This document shows, in pieces, positions 1 to 14,725 of a stretch of 64,000 nucleotides of DNA. The notes below the pieces were generated by a model that saw only the letters and a list, made by a program, of their open reading frames with translations, ran no database searches and was not told the origin of the DNA. A program made the translations under genes and the position numbers. The stretch spans positions 434,001-498,000 of the forward strand of contig NW_019028979.1 of the NCBI RefSeq assembly GCF_002105155.1, read 5' to 3'. The DNA is from Lobosporangium transversale (lineage: Eukaryota). Numbering within the stretch: the first letter of the stretch is position 1; every line of letters begins with the position of its first letter.

Positions 1-478
1 GCCTTGTTTTCATGTAACTCAACCTTTCAGTCTTGCTATCTCGTTCCTTCTAAAAACTCCATTCAGTGAATTTTATTTAGACTCTGCCCGCTAAGCATTG
101 ACTGATAAATCAAATCAATCGCGCCGTATTAGGTATTATGCTTCGACATAGGATGTAAACCTTTTTTTGCGTGGGATATTGCTATGTCAAAATGAAGAAT
201 ACGAGATTTGGCTAGTTCGTAGTCAAGAATCATTTTCCTCTATGAGCTATCTGGTCTGAATGTCATGTAGCTGATCCTACCACAGTGTAGAGCATAGCAC
301 GTTATAAATGGAGATAAGAGAAGGTTGCGAGTAGATGTCAGGCTGGTAGCCATGATGACTAATAAATAGCTTTGTTTGTGCAGTCTCAAGGCGATATTTA
401 TTGAGTGTAATTCAATGTTACTTAGTTTTATGTGTAAGTATTAAAGAGAGAACAGCACTATTTGCCTTTGGTATACAT

Positions 479-2503
479 CTAGTAACGAGCGCTTGCACCA
501 GTAGTCGTGGCAGACGTGGCTGCATTGGTCATAGCTTGATTTGACACTGCGTTCTGGTTCCAGGACAGATAAGTATGATCGCCCAGTCGTCGAGGCTTGT
601 ACAAGTGGCGAGCAGTGAACAAAAGTCCCAGAACCACACAAAGAACACCTACGACAATATATGCAATACCCAAAAATGGGTTACGTCCTCCCATAAACGA
701 CACTGTCGAAATCACCAGCGACTTTGTGCCTCCATACGATGTGACATTATAATCTAAACAAAACATGCAAATAATCATTTATTCAAACGTTAACGCTTTA
801 AAAAGAAAAAAGGAAAAAAAAGAAAATCACATCATCAGTACTTACTCATGTCAATATCAATGGTATAAGTTCCGCTCAACAGATCATCTTGTTCATTCTT
901 GGAATACAACTTCCTAAAGTTAGGCAAACCAGCAGTGCGCATCCAGACCTGGAAATGCTCATCTTCGCTAGGATTGATGGGCGGGGTTTGAGCAGAGTAT
1001 CCTTTTTTGTATTTTGCCCAGTTAGGTGGGGGTCGGACCATGCTTAGATCTGTGTATCCTGGAGGCCCATACTTCTTTTGATCACTGCTCCATGAGATCC
1101 CAGTATCGGTAAGGATATATGATTTGTTATTGTTAGTGTTACTGTCGGATGGGTACAAGAAAAGCCCCAGCGTATCTAAAGCGAGAAAACAAAAGGTAAA
1201 AAAAATAAAGTAAGCCAACATTTTCTTTTTTGTCGATCGAAGATCACCTGAGGATTATGGCCATCATTCTATAGGAAAGCCAGTATATACCATTGAATAT
1301 CGAGTTAGCGATCAAACCACAAGGATAGATGGGGTAATCGACCCCATTCTCTTTGACAATGGCAAGTGGTTCACATGAACCACCATTAAGTTCTGCTACA
1401 CTGCGTGGTGCTCCAGATAACTGCTTTGCGTCCAAACTCTTCACATAGCGACGGTGGTTCTGATAAAAATTAGTGAGGCGATAGTAGACAAAGACGGGTT
1501 TCTTCAAGGTGACAGGCAAGTTGAACTTGATGGTGCATTTCCGTGTTTGCCAAGTCTCGCCGTTGCCGGAACCAACTGCTGGGATTGATTTGTACTCTGG
1601 TGGCACTCCGTCACCAGAGGAGCCGGGAAAATTGACTGAATATGAGTCCTGCGGGACCTGGACAAATGTAGGACCGACCTTATCACATTGTGTATAATCA
1701 ATATTGACCTCCGCAACCTGCGCAAAAAATAAAAGAAAAAAAATCAGGAAATGCGGATATAATGTGAGCCTTTGTCGATTAATATAATGAGGAAAGAGAC
1801 AGCCTAGGGTTTTCTCCCTCTCATTGTTATGCTTGGCTTTGGCTGTTGGAGTATCCTTGCATGATTTATACTAAATTGATTGATTGGTAGTCCATACTGT
1901 ATTTTCGCCCTTGCTTCTTTTTTCTGCAAACAAGGTTGGCTTACTGGCTGACTGGCTGATTTCACTGTGCCTAAAATATCCAATGCTCATACTCATTTGA
2001 TCATGTCTGTGCCGACTCTTCAACTTTCTTTGCTCAATTGGATCATCTACAACAGGGGGAATAAAGGGAGAGAGAATAATAATCATAATAATGAATGACA
2101 CCTACAGTATCACTCGCCCAGAGCAGCAGGCCACCGAGAGGAGCAAACAAGATACCAACAAGTAGGAACGTAGGCAGCACTGTTTTGGGTGTCAATATGG
2201 GCTGCCAAGCCTTAAGTCGCTGCTGCTTGAAGGCCGTGTCTATTGAGTTGCAAGAATGAATGGTATGGCGTGAGTTTTACAAATGATGGAGACCACAAGA
2301 AATAAAAGGGACAGGAAAGTGTTGCAAATTGCATTATTTAAATGAAATCAGTTGCTTTCAACACTAGAAGAAAGCGCAGACGATGTAATGAAATGCATTG
2401 AGAGAGAGATGGAAAGCAATTGTCATAGGATAATAAAGTAGGAGAGAGAAGCGAAGAAAAGGCACATACTGGCAGGCTTCCTGCTCTTTGTCTCGGAGGA
2501 CAT
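479..2503 (-). CDS. CDC50: CDC50/LEM3 family P4-ATPase flippase beta subunit; 5 exons approx. 2470-2503, 2106-2239, 1291-1717, 846-1175, 479-753
   Basis: Spliced product [29 protein letters not shown]...[17 protein letters not shown]...[11 protein letters not shown]...[17 protein letters not shown]...[15 protein letters not shown] introns restore frame. Confidence 0.95.
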
Positions 2504-2750
2504 TGTGTTGGCAGGAGAGAAAGTATGCGAAAGAGTGTTTGGTAGGTGGAAAAAAAGAGAATGTAAGAGAAGACTGAGTGGAATGAATGTGATTGAAGTG
2601 AATGTGCCCAAAGAGAGAATCAATAAAAGAGTCAGATGTCACATCCATGCGCTCACTGGTACGCAAAAGACAAGATTTTGCGCAAAGTGGCTTGGAAACT
2701 GGTGCAAGAAGCTGGTTTATCTAATAAACTAAGACGCCTAGTCCTGCTAC

Positions 2751-2778
2751 CTCAACTTTCTCAACTTTCTCAACTTTC
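2751..2778. repeat. 9-bp tandem repeat (CTCAACTTT)x3
   Basis: ctcaactttctcaactttctcaactttc read directly. Confidence 0.8.
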
Positions 2779-3439
2779 ATTACATGATTAAGCGTTATCT
2801 ACTCTTTTTCCCTGCTTGAATATATGTATAAAACCAGTCAAGGAACAGACAATCCATACTCTGATTATGTAGCTAATGCGCTTTATGAACTTTTCAAGCC
2901 CAAAAGAAATCGTTTCTCTAAGGCCTCGCTAAGGTGTGCATGGCTCCATGCCAGGAAGCAACATCATAAAACTCAAAACCCTTAGTATATAGAAAGGCAA
3001 AACACTATGACCACACCTCCTTCACAGAGATAAGAAATTCAATCTCTAAACATATAGTGTCACTCACAGTGAGTGGGGTTGTGGATATCTTGATGTGAAA
3101 AGATTTATGCCCAAGCAACTCTTGCGGTAGGCATTGGAAGTAGGATGCACCCGAATACTCTCTTTCATGAACGTATCGTTATCATTCCGGGCCATATCCG
3201 GAAACCCAACAGGATAAAATATTCATTTTACCAGTCTACATGTGTAATACAAAGAGCAATGAGATGTTACGCAACCTGATGCACGCGCTTTTTATATTTT
3301 TATCTTTAGAATCATTAAGGTCTCCGATCTACATGTACAGAACTAGATGTTGATATAGGACGTGAATGGTATATGGGCTATGGTTATGGGTGTAGGGATT
3401 ACGAAAATAAGAAACTTCATTGCTTTTTTTTTTTCCTTT

Positions 3440-4837
3440 TTACTTTGATCCAAGAGGAACATCATAAAGCTCCTGCTTGGCACCATAATCTTGCGTAAGT
3501 TTTTCAGTTTGAAGCGAACGAGCCTCAGCCTCCAGACGACGATAAGGTGCTTTGTACAAATATACAGGGAAGGTGGCAATCACACACCAGGCAGCGATAA
3601 AGATCAATGGAGGATTAATGCCAGTCTCAGCAGCCTTTTCGTCGTCCTGGAGGGCTCCCAGGACAAGCAAGAAAATGACAGCAAAGAATTGACCGGAGCC
3701 CCAAAGAAGCGAGGTTGACGATGCAGGTGTGACAGGGTATGTGCATTCTACACCCAGCTCCAACACAATAGGCAGCAGTGAAAATGAGAAGAGACCAAGG
3801 AGAGCTGAAGCAACAACGATGCCGATGAGGAAGTCTTTGCGGACGACAAAGACAAAGATGATGTAGAATAAAGTTGCCAAGGGAACCATCGTCTTGAGCA
3901 ATGTCTTGTACTGCTTGTTACGATCAATTACTGGACCAGAAATACCAGCACCAACTAAACCGGCCACAATCATCGCGGCACCAAAGTAGCCAGCCTCATT
4001 TGCGGTGTAACCGAAAGGAGCGCTGAACTGAGAAATAAGAGACGAGAAGGCGTTGAAGAAGCCAACAAAAGTTCCAAACAAGAACATGAGGATAAGGAAT
4101 TGCTTGTTGGAGCCGACCTTCTTGAGACTGACCCAAAAGGGCTCCTCGGAAGTCTCCAGAAGAGCCTCTGCTGCCGAAGGCGAAGGAGGAGTAGGAGGAC
4201 GCTCAGACATGAACAACACGGGAATAAAGGCTACAACTGCAAGGATGACGCATACGAGAACCGATGTAGACATGGAATCCTTGTCGGTTGTAATGATGGG
4301 AATAATCAATTGAGCGAGAGCAGCAGCGAGAGCATTGGCAACAGAGCCGATCATGGTAGCAGTCGTACGTCCGTTCTCAGAGAACCAAACGGCAGCGTAC
4401 TTGGGGGGCACGTTCAAGAAGAAAGGCTGAGCAGAGGCTGCGATGATCTGGCCAACCAAGGTCAGTGCCACTCGACCGCCTGGGCTGTCGGGTGTGGAAG
4501 TGATGAAGTGGGCGATATATCGAAGGAGAGCACCAATAAATTGAATACTGGCACCAAAGAGCAAACTTTTCTTGATGCCCACCTTCTCAAACATCCAGCC
4601 TGAGACAGGACTCATAATCAAAAAGGCAACGAAGTATAAAATCGATGTGAGATTGACAATTGTACTAGAGCAGTTTAGGTATGCCTGTGCTGCATCAGCA
4701 ACTGATGAATAGGTCAGCCAGACAAATCCTGTCGAAATATTGAGCAGGACGATGGCAAAGAGGCCAACGAAGCGGGACTTGTAGGTGACATAGCCCCGAT
4801 TATCTTCGGAATATGCCAATGTAGCCGATTCACCCAT
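3440..4837 (-). CDS. MFS transporter, FLVCR/MFSD7 (SLC49)-like, single exon, 465 aa
   Basis: About 12 hydrophobic helices; motifs YKSRFVGL, GQIIAASAQPFFLNVPPKYAAVWF, PPTPPSPSA, LELGVECTYPV typical of SLC49. Confidence 0.88.
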   Translation of the reverse strand: MGESATLAYSEDNRGYVTYKSRFVGLFAIVLLNISTGFVWLTYSSVADAAQAYLNCSSTIVNLTSILYFVAFLIMSPVSGWMFEKVGIKKSLLFGASIQFIGALLRYIAHFITSTPDSPGGRVALTLVGQIIAASAQPFFLNVPPKYAAVWFSENGRTTATMIGSVANALAAALAQLIIPIITTDKDSMSTSVLVCVILAVVAFIPVLFMSERPPTPPSPSAAEALLETSEEPFWVSLKKVGSNKQFLILMFLFGTFVGFFNAFSSLISQFSAPFGYTANEAGYFGAAMIVAGLVGAGISGPVIDRNKQYKTLLKTMVPLATLFYIIFVFVVRKDFLIGIVVASALLGLFSFSLLPIVLELGVECTYPVTPASSTSLLWGSGQFFAVIFLLVLGALQDDEKAAETGINPPLIFIAAWCVIATFPVYLYKAPYRRLEAEARSLQTEKLTQDYGAKQELYDVPLGSK

Positions 4838-5133
4838 GATAAAATGAAGAAGTATCGAGGTGTAGTGAGAAAGGGCAAAGTGAGGGTAATGCAGATACCA
4901 AAGATGTGATATAAGAGCGTAAAAGAATGATTTGAGACGATTGAGATTCGATTAAATTGCCTGAAACCAGAAGAGCAGACAGACAATCAAAGTAAAAATG
5001 TGAATGAATTGAATGAATGAATGAATAAAGTAAATGAAGTGATGAAGAAGAGGAAGAAGGAGGGAGAATGAATTAAACGAGAAAAGAATGAAGGAGGATT
5101 GAAAAAAAAATCAATGAAGAAAGAAAAGAAAAG

Positions 5134-5166
<33 letters not shown>

Positions 5167-6557
5167 GAAGAAAGAAATAGGACTCCACGCAATACCGGTT
5201 AAGTCGTTGTCCTGTGCTGTGCGAGAAATGCTGCCTCATTGGTTTGCAGGACTGAGTAAATGGTGGTGGTACAACGAGGATTATCAGTCCTTTCACGACT
5301 CTTTGGAAAAATAAATGCTCTTTGCTCTCTTCCTTACTCAGCAAGTATAAGCAATCGTCCTTATCACAATCAACACCCATGCAAATATATTTGGTGGCGG
5401 CCATGATTTAAGGCATCGGAAAGAGTGACAAAACAGATACTCTTCTCTTTGATCTATAAGAAATGGTTTCGTACATTTACTTTAACATCGCTCTCTTTAT
5501 TGTTACTTTTCTTTTTTCTTTAAAAAAAAAAAGGCGAGTTGCTGTAAGAAAGCATGTAAAAACTCTTACAACTCGCCTTCATGCAGCAAAATAACACAAC
5601 TGTTGTTGTTTTTTTTTTTTTCTTTCATTCCGCTCGTGTCACAGGCAAAGTATAAATGTGGAGCAAATGCACTTGAGCAAAACGGGAAGGATAGAAATAA
5701 AAAATGAGCCTAAAAAAGAAAAGCATGTCCTCCATTTGCCCTGTCCAACGCACCGGCAAATTGCTGAGAAATATGAATTTGAGTCTGCCATTGGCTCTTG
5801 TACGACAGAGTGTATAGGAATCAAAGCTCATTTTCAACATTCAAGGGAACGATCCACAGTCCCTCATGCTTGTGAAGAGAAATGCTATCATAAATTGTAC
5901 CTGTATCATGGTAAATTATACCACATGTCCTGACAGCCGTGCCAGTTCCTCGTTCCCTTCCCATTGCTCTCAAATGGATGCCACCTGTACAATAGGTCGT
6001 TGTCTAATAACGAGATGGATGGCTTTGAAACAATCGAAAGCAAAAAATAAGTTCCAATACTTTGCTGTTCCTATTTAAAGCATTTTTCATTTAGCGAAAA
6101 GCGATCATTGATTTAATTTCAAATAATGAGTTTTCCCTTCGCGCCTTCATTCTAGTGAACTAGTCATGTGCAAATGACTTTCATACGTTTGGATCCCTCT
6201 AAGATCTCTTATGATGATGCTGATCTATCGCTCCTTATTTTTGTTTGAAGTATTAATGCTCACTTTCTCGAATTCATGACGCTACTAGAATCAGGGATTC
6301 ATAGATATTTACAATCCATTCCATAGTCTTCGGACTACTCTTGTTTCCTAATAAAACATCCATGAGAAAGAAAAGCAATATGGATTGTCGGCATGACTCG
6401 ACGGGCAGGAGAGAATCATCAACCCTTTTTTTTTTTGTGATGCATGACTCCTTACTCACACGACCTTCTATAAAAAGCAATTGCTTCAGTTTACCTGGTA
6501 CGACTCCATCGTCAATCTAAAAGCTCAAGTGCTTGGATGAAACAAGAGTTCTTGTTT

Positions 6558-6593
<36 letters not shown>

Positions 6594-8987
6594 TGCATCG
6601 AGTACAAGAGATGGAAGGGAAATGTTCTAGTAAAAGAGAAGATGAATATAGAACTGGTCAAGAATTAGCCAGGAGAGAATAATGCTTTTATTAAAACACG
6701 AAACGGAAGGACAATGACTATTTTCATGGCTCCTTGAACTCGAATTTTTCTTGCAATAATGACTTTGGCTGTTCTATCTGGCCGTAAGCGCTCAATTACT
6801 AGCCTGTGATCAGATGGAACACACAAAGGGAAATGTCCTACTGAAATGAAAGGATTAGATGGACATGGATGCAGTGAAGAGAAGCAAGTTATTGATTCGG
6901 CATTTCGGGCACAAAAATAACTGTGCCCAAAGACGAAAATAACAATGACCTGACTTGAAATAGAACCATTGTTCTGTACTGCAATCAACTACGGTTTAGA
7001 ATCAAACAAGTACATACCGAATCTGATGTGATGAGTGTACATGAACAGTGCACTCTTTGCTACATCCTCACTGCACCCAAATATATACATAGTTAAACAT
7101 CGCAATGAGGCGCAGGTTCATAAAAAAGAGCAACAAGATGTCGCATGGTTGCGCCATATTTCTTACTCCTTTGTCCTTTGAGGAGTCCTTGTGTCCAGTC
7201 TATGTTCCCAGTCTTCCATAGATGCAATGCAAGCCTTCGTTATTTTTACATGTTAGGTGAATATATATATACATCATATTCCTTTCAGTTGTTGTGTTCC
7301 TTTTCTCTCTTTCAATTTTATCTGCATCTTCATTCTTACTTCCACATCCGCTTTGTCATTCTTTGTTTATCCTATTATTGTATGCCCCGAGCAACTTGCT
7401 ACCAAGATACTCTCCTCGTTTACCTCCTTTTGACTCACTTTTCTTCACTTGAATCTGTTGTGATAACTCCAATACAATATCACTAACCTCTTCTCTTGAT
7501 CATCGGTAAGGGATTTTTTTCTCTTTTCTACTTTTGCGACATTCATTTCTATTCGTACCTGTAGGTTCCACTTGCATATCCACAAGGGTATATGATCAAA
7601 ATTTGATTATATATCCTTAAAGAAATACTCCTTCCAATGACAGCGCATGTGGACATTAAGCATTATTTTCTTTTTGTTCGTTAATGTTCTCATTCTGATA
7701 AATATATCTTACATTCATCACACAAATTATCGTGCCACTGGCTCTGCCTCCTCTTTGTTTGTGGCAAAACAGTCTAGAATATACGAACTCAATATAGGAT
7801 GACTATTAAGTGTTGCATGCATCCACTTCAACCTCATTGAAACACAAATGAGAAAGAATGGGTGGATGAGTTTTTCTTTTTTCTTTTTCTTTTTCTTTTT
7901 CTTTTTTTAATCGCGGAATGTTTATCTCGGGATCTGTTTTGTTTGTTTGTTCATTTCTACATCCATCTGTCCTACAGAAGGCCTTTTATTTTGGCTCACA
8001 ATTGCGCGCGCTATGGTCCCCTAAACTCAAATTTTATATTTACATTTGCACATTACACGCACATACTACTTTGGGACGCACGCGAGCTTTTGAGATTGAT
8101 CAGTAGCATTGTAAATCTTTCATTTCGTGAATGTTGCATTGAATGCCATGATCTTCCATGGGATCAGGGCTACAGGAGTGAAATCACACACACACACATG
8201 CACACACGCACATATTTATGTTTATATAACGTCATATAAGAAAAAAATATATAATCCTTGCGACACATCAGGATATCGGCCTTTTCGAGCACAATAATGC
8301 TCCGTACATATTAGAAAGACCATCCTGTCGATTCAGGGTCAAGCCCAAAGGGAGGAGAAGCAGGATACACAACAACAGCTGTCTTTGTAATATGTGCTTT
8401 TATTTTAACTTTTCATATTTTTTAAAAAAAGGATCTTCTCCCTCATTTTTCTCTTTCTTCCCTTCCTCATCTCTCATCCTACATCCCCCATCCCTCCTCT
8501 CCTCATCCTCAGCCTGCCTCTGTTCCTGACCAACCATACGCCTACACTCCAACATACTCCTCATCTCTACCTAGGTACACCAATCTTTTCCTCTTTCAGA
8601 TCTGCGCTTTTTCATTTATTTGTTTCTGTGTTTACAATATACATCGAATATCCAGTATTACCCAAACCCAGATCCTCTTTCGTCCCATACCCCACACTCC
8701 ATACTCGACCCTTCCCTTGCCTACATTAAACACATACACTTCTCTTCTGTTCACGCCACCATAACAAAGCTAGCCACCTACTTCTATTTCTAGCTAGCTA
8801 CATCTGTTTTTTGTACCATGTATATGTGCTGGACTGAGGAGCATTGAACAGCCCACAATGGCCAATCTTTCCGCTTTTTCAATTTTGCTCCCGTTCTGAT
8901 TCTGATCAAACAATTCTGGTTTTTTTCTTCTTTCTTTTTTCTATCCGTAATAGACCACAACATTTTAAACGTAATAGTTCTTTCAAC

Positions 8988-9580
8988 ATGAAGTTTGGAC
9001 AGCATCTGGCCGAGTCAATTCAACCCGAATGGTCATTCAACTATGTCTCGTACGATGAACTCAAAAACGTACTCAAGTCACGAACTGCCGCCCAGATATG
9101 GACGGAGACTGATGAAGGTTACTTTGTAGAGCTACTTGAGCGTGAGCTCGAGAAGGTCTACAGCTTCCAAAATGTTAAAATTGGTGAAGTACACCGTAAG
9201 CTTTCCTATTATAGCACTCAAGCGCAAGATTTCAAAAAAAATGGGGCCCAGGAAGAGACCTGGAGAGCACTTGAAATCGAACTCTACCGCCTTGTGGCTG
9301 AAATTGATGTTCTAGCCAAGTATACCCGCCTTAACTACACAGGTTTGCTCAAAATTGTCAAGAAGCATGATGTAGGTGAACATGATTCTATCTTAGTAAC
9401 GGCATATAGATTCAAATGGCAAACAGCAAGATGTTGGTTTATTATTATCGACAATGTTGGCCATGGCTTTCCTTTGAACTTGGTCTTCATAGGCCCAGTT
9501 TTTTTTGTTGTTGTTGTTGTTGTTGTTTTATCTATGGACACATTTTTGCCATGATGACAACTTACCACACGATCAGATCG

Positions 9581-9615
<35 letters not shown>

Positions 9616-10578
9616 TCCCTTTCCGCAATTAACACAACCCATATTTAGAGATGGGTGTCGTAAAGATTTGCACGCATGTTAGCGTCCCGCCTGCTCTGCC
9701 TCTTTTTATTCCATCATCTCCGATTTGGAATGTAAAATACAGCCAACCGGCACTACAAAATTCGATCCAGGCCCAGAGTGCATGCTCTGTGGGTCTCGAG
9801 CTACGCCTAAAAAAAAAAATGGCTGTCATTGTGTCATTGGCGTTAAATTGGGTCAAATTGGAGTGGCGTGCAGTAACCAGCAGACGTTTGGTACTAAGAA
9901 TCCGACTCCACCCCAACCTCCATTGCCTCCATTGCCTCCATTACAATTATCGTTACTGCTTTTGTGTTGTATATACGTTTGTGGTTAATCATTAGAGTGG
10001 GCAGTTTGCAATCATCCCCGAACGGAGAATGAGTCGTCTTGGTCCTGCAGAAATCCGCCGTTCCTGCAATCATTGCAAACTAATACATCTGTTTCACTCA
10101 AATCCCCTACCCCTGGATATGACATGCCAATTCCCTCATCTCACTCATTCTCTATCATTACGTGTGTTTTTTATAGAAACAAACTGGATGGATGCTCAAG
10201 TCCATCTTCCATGTCCGCCTTAACACCAAGCCTTTTCATAAAGAGAACTACGATGCAGTTATTGTGCGCCTGTCAAACATCTACCACATTGTCGCTGCCA
10301 GAGGCCAAAAGCTCAAGGGCGACAGTCAGTTTTCAAACGTGGATTCTGCCGCGTTCGTACGCGACACTACCAAGTATTGGGTGCACCCCGACAACATCAC
10401 AGAGGTCAAGCTGGTCATCATGAGGCACTTACCCGTCTTGGTTTTCAACACCAAGAAAGAGTACGAGGAAAATGACTCCGCCATATCATCTGTCTATGTT
10501 GACAATGAGGATTTTGAGTGTTATCAAGGACGTCTCGAGAAAACCGACATGGCACAGGCAATCCGTATCCGGTAAGCT

Positions 10579-10612
<34 letters not shown>

Positions 10613-12570
10613 CGCTCGTGTGAGCGAAAATAGAATATCTTGTTGTAATCTATTTTTGTCTCCAATTCTTGCGAAACATATTCTTTACGACCAGGCAACG
10701 GGCTTGTATGGATACTTGATTGACATAATTGACACACCATTAACCTTATGCTCCCCACATTCACGCCTGTACTTTTTCAAATATAGTTGGTATGGACCTA
10801 CTCCCACTGAAAATGGTCAGTGCTTCTTGGAAAGAAAGGTTCACCGTGAGAAATGGACGGGAGAACAGAGTGTTAAGGAGCGTTTCCCTATCAAGACAAA
10901 GTATATCAATCCATACCTAGCAGGCGAATATACCATGGATGTTAAGTTTGCCAAGCTCCGTGCTCGCGGCCAAAAGTCTGTCAAAGATGTGGAACTGATG
11001 CAGAAACTTGCCAATGACGTGCAAACGAGCATTGTTACTAAAAAAATGCGCCCCACGATCCGTGCCTTCTACCGTCGTACTGCCTTCCAGCTCTCCAACG
11101 ATGCGCGCGTCCGCATTTCCCTCGACACAGAACTGGCCCTGATCCGTGAGGATGACTTTGGTGGCCGGAGGCGTGCTGGTGACAATTGGAAACGCGAGGA
11201 CATTGGTATTGATTGGCCTTTCAAGCAGCTTCCTGCTGAAGATATTACTCGCTTCCCCTATGCTGTCCTGGAGGTCAAGCTTCAGACACACCATGGTCAA
11301 GAGCCACCTGCCTGGATTGTCGAACTGATCAACTCACACTTGGTTGAGTCTTGTCCTCGTTTCTCTAAATACATTCATGGTGTTGCCACACTACTGGAAG
11401 ATAAGATTCAGATCCTTCCTTTTTGGCTACCGCAGATGGATCAAGAGATTCGCAAGCCTCCTAATACAGATTTTGGTTTGACCAGTTTCTTGCCAAGATC
11501 TTGGCCCGTAGGCACACCCCAAGCTGGGCCACGCCCAACATTAGCTCCACGAGCCCTTATTGAGGGCAGCTCAGATTCAACTATTAAGGGTACCAAATCT
11601 CTCTCAGAATTTGAACCAAAAATGCCCAAGACTATGGACAAAGCTACATATCAGCAAAAAATGGCAGAGAAGAACGCTAACCGTCGCCCAGCCAACAGCA
11701 GCGAGAATACCTTTTACAATCAATCTACGCCTATGAGTGCTTCAAAGGCTAGCGTGGCACACTCGCATCCTCTTGTTGATAACGGATCCACTGTTTCTGA
11801 CCACGCTTCAATGGCTCCACCAGCTCGTCCTTGGGTCGACCGTCTCAATAACCGTGACTCTCCGCTCTCGCTTGGTGCGGAGCCCGCCATGAACGAGAAG
11901 AATCCCAGCAAAGCCAATGATGGCAACAATGAGGATGGTCTTTTGCGCAAGAAGTCGACCATTCGCCGCAAGCGTTTTGGCTTTAGGGAAAAGCGATCCT
12001 CCGTCGTACCCAAGCGTACCACTGCACCCGTTAGAATGGAACCTAAAGTTTTCTTTGCCAATGAGCGTACTTTCCTAAACTGGCTTCAATTCTCAGTCTT
12101 GCTTGGATCGGTAAGTTCAACAACTTACTACCATGCGATTTACTGTGTCCTTCCTGAAGGCATTTATCATGTCGTATCACAGCTTTCTGACAGATTTTTT
12201 TTTTTTTTTTTGGTTAATAGATCGCGCTCACGTTGTTAAACTTTGGCAACCACATGACTCGCGTCTCTGGAGCCGTGTTGACAGTTATTACACTATTGGC
12301 CATGCTGTACGCCCTCGGTATCTTCCATATCCGTCTGTCCAATATTTTGTCATCAAAAGCCAATCGTCAATTCCACGATCGCGTTGGGCCAACTGTTCTT
12401 TGCGTGTTCTTGTTCGGAGCATACTTTCTCAACTTTTACAGTAAGTCACCTTAGCCATTTTGGCACAAGAGACTTGAAAGTTATTCTTCTCTTTTGACTA
12501 ATCAACTTACTTTCTTTTTTACCCTTCTATAGCGAAATTCATTCAAGCCAATAAAACAGGAACGGCATAA
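8988..12570 (+). CDS. VTC4: Vacuolar transporter chaperone Vtc4-type polyphosphate polymerase (SPX + VTC + 3-TM); exons approx. 8988-9371, 10177-10571, 10787-12110, 12221-12440, 12533-12570
   Basis: MKFGQHL SPX start, [68 protein letters not shown]. Confidence 0.93.
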
Positions 12571-13032
12571 AGTGCTACTGTTTTTCATTTTCCAAAGGTC
12601 GTTTCACTATGCTTTAGTATCAAAAAAGGCTTGAAGCCAAATGTACACCACCATTTAATACATACCACAGAAGTGGCATGAGTTGGATTAAATATGGAGG
12701 ACAGGGAGGGCGGAAACCTTTTTTGTCATTTTTTTTTTAATCCAGAAACCATAACCTCAACTCATAATGTCGACACTAGTACTTTTGTTTATATATGTTT
12801 GCCTTTTCACTCTTATCATTTGTTCCTTTTTTCTTTCTTTTCTTTTTCTTTTTTTTCTTCTTTTTTTTTTTTGGAAGAGGAGTGTTTATTAAAGACATGG
12901 GATCTTTCTAATACCTGCTTCCAGCTTTAATTAGCGCTTTTATTTTGCAGGATCTATACCCTGCTGATGATATTAAGTCTATCTCTAAGATGATTATATA
13001 AGCATAGCATGATATCAATTATACATATGTAT

Positions 13033-14725
13033 TCAAATGCTATTTTTAATCCCGGACCAGATCATTTTGCTATAAAGCAATACATTGGCAATATGATTAC
13101 GACTGAGTAAGATGGAAGACAAGTTCCAGACAGGCTCCTTTTGATTGGCAATACGGTGAATGTTGCCCGTCGAGACAAAAACATCGTCGAGGAACCCACC
13201 AAGCATTTTAGGTATGCGTACAGCCCCGGTAACGGACCCTGCCATGATCAAATTAGGTAGGTTTGGTTCATGACATGCGGGACGACCCAACCCAATCATG
13301 TCGATATGAGGCTGTCCATTACTATGGATGCTTTCTTCATCCGAAAGAGAGTTGAGAGCATTGATCATTCCCTTTGCGCTAACAAATCCACCTGTAAGGA
13401 TGACCTTGGTGATTTTGAGCTTGTTGGAGATCCGGTCTGCAAAGACAGCGAAATGAGCCTCACGTTTCTGTGTCGATTCCGAGAGTTTTTGTTGCTCGAT
13501 ATTGATTCTTTTCTCGTTGCGATCCAGCAAGCCTCCAACCCAGCTTTCGTAGCTTCCACCCGAGATTTCAATAAAGTCGACGCCTAGATTTTCGAGCATC
13601 AAAGATACTTGAACAGCATCATCCAAGGATCTCTCGATTTGTTCATCATCCGCATCTAGGTCTTTAATTTCAGCTGCCAAAGCAGCATCTTTTGTATTCT
13701 GGTTCCACTGTTGCTGCTGGCCTTTAGGAGATTGTCGTCGCCCAAAGTCCACGCTATTGAGTTTAACACCAATGGAGAATTCCCTGGGGGTGGCTTGTCG
13801 AATGCCTTGGATAATCTCACATAAGAATCGAGCTCTGTTCTCAATGCTACCACCATATTTATCCGTACGAATGTTGGTGCGAGGATTCAAGAATTGGCTG
13901 ACGAGATAGCCATGGGCGGCATGGATCTGGACGCCATCAAAGCCTGCTTTGTGAAGGACTACAGATGTAGTGATGAACCTTTGTATAGTTTGGTGAATTT
14001 CTGGAACCGTCAAGGCTCTTGGGTAATCTTAGAAAAAACGTGTTTCACGAAAGCGCTTTTTTTTAGTACGTACAATACGATTTACTTTCAAACCTAAACA
14101 AAAGAGAACATTTGTACTCAGTCATAGAGAATTCAAGGAATAGCATCTTTGGTACTTACTGAATACCATTAACCGGTGGAAGTTAGGGGAAGGAACAGCG
14201 CTTGGAGCAACGGGCTCCTTGGTAAGATGGGCATGGGTCTGTCGTCCTGGGTGACTAATCTGAGCGAATAGAGCACCCCCTTTTGTGGACAATAGAATTC
14301 CAAAGGGAAAAAAAATTAGTTCGACATGGACTCTATGAAAACGCACGATAACATTGCAAACAATTGTAATCTATACCATGGTTCTGCACAGTCTGAGCCC
14401 AGACTTTCAATCGACCTAGATCCCGTTCATCCTCGACAGAGACATTGAACTCCATCTCACGCATTGTTCTGTCCACCATAACGTTACCCGTTATTATCAA
14501 GCCAAAGCCTCCTTGAGCCCACGAATCATAGACGTTGAGTAGCTTGTTCAAATGAGCATTATCGATCTGACCATCTGACCGCGCCAGGTTCTCACTTAGA
14601 GCTGACTTGCAGAACCGATTCTTGATCACTTTGCCAGAGAAAGGAAGCCTCAGAGGTTGATTTAATGATTCGGCTTCGGCACCAGATAAAACTTCAGTAC
14701 CATACCTGTCCGTGGAGCAAGACAT
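13033..14725 (-). CDS. NADH:flavin oxidoreductase / old yellow enzyme family (3 exons)
   Basis: [84 protein letters not shown]. Confidence 0.92.

Noticed and set aside
479..4837. CDC50 plus FLVCR-like transporter as a choline/phospholipid gene cluster
   Set aside because: Two adjacent housekeeping genes with no evidence of co-regulation or conserved linkage.
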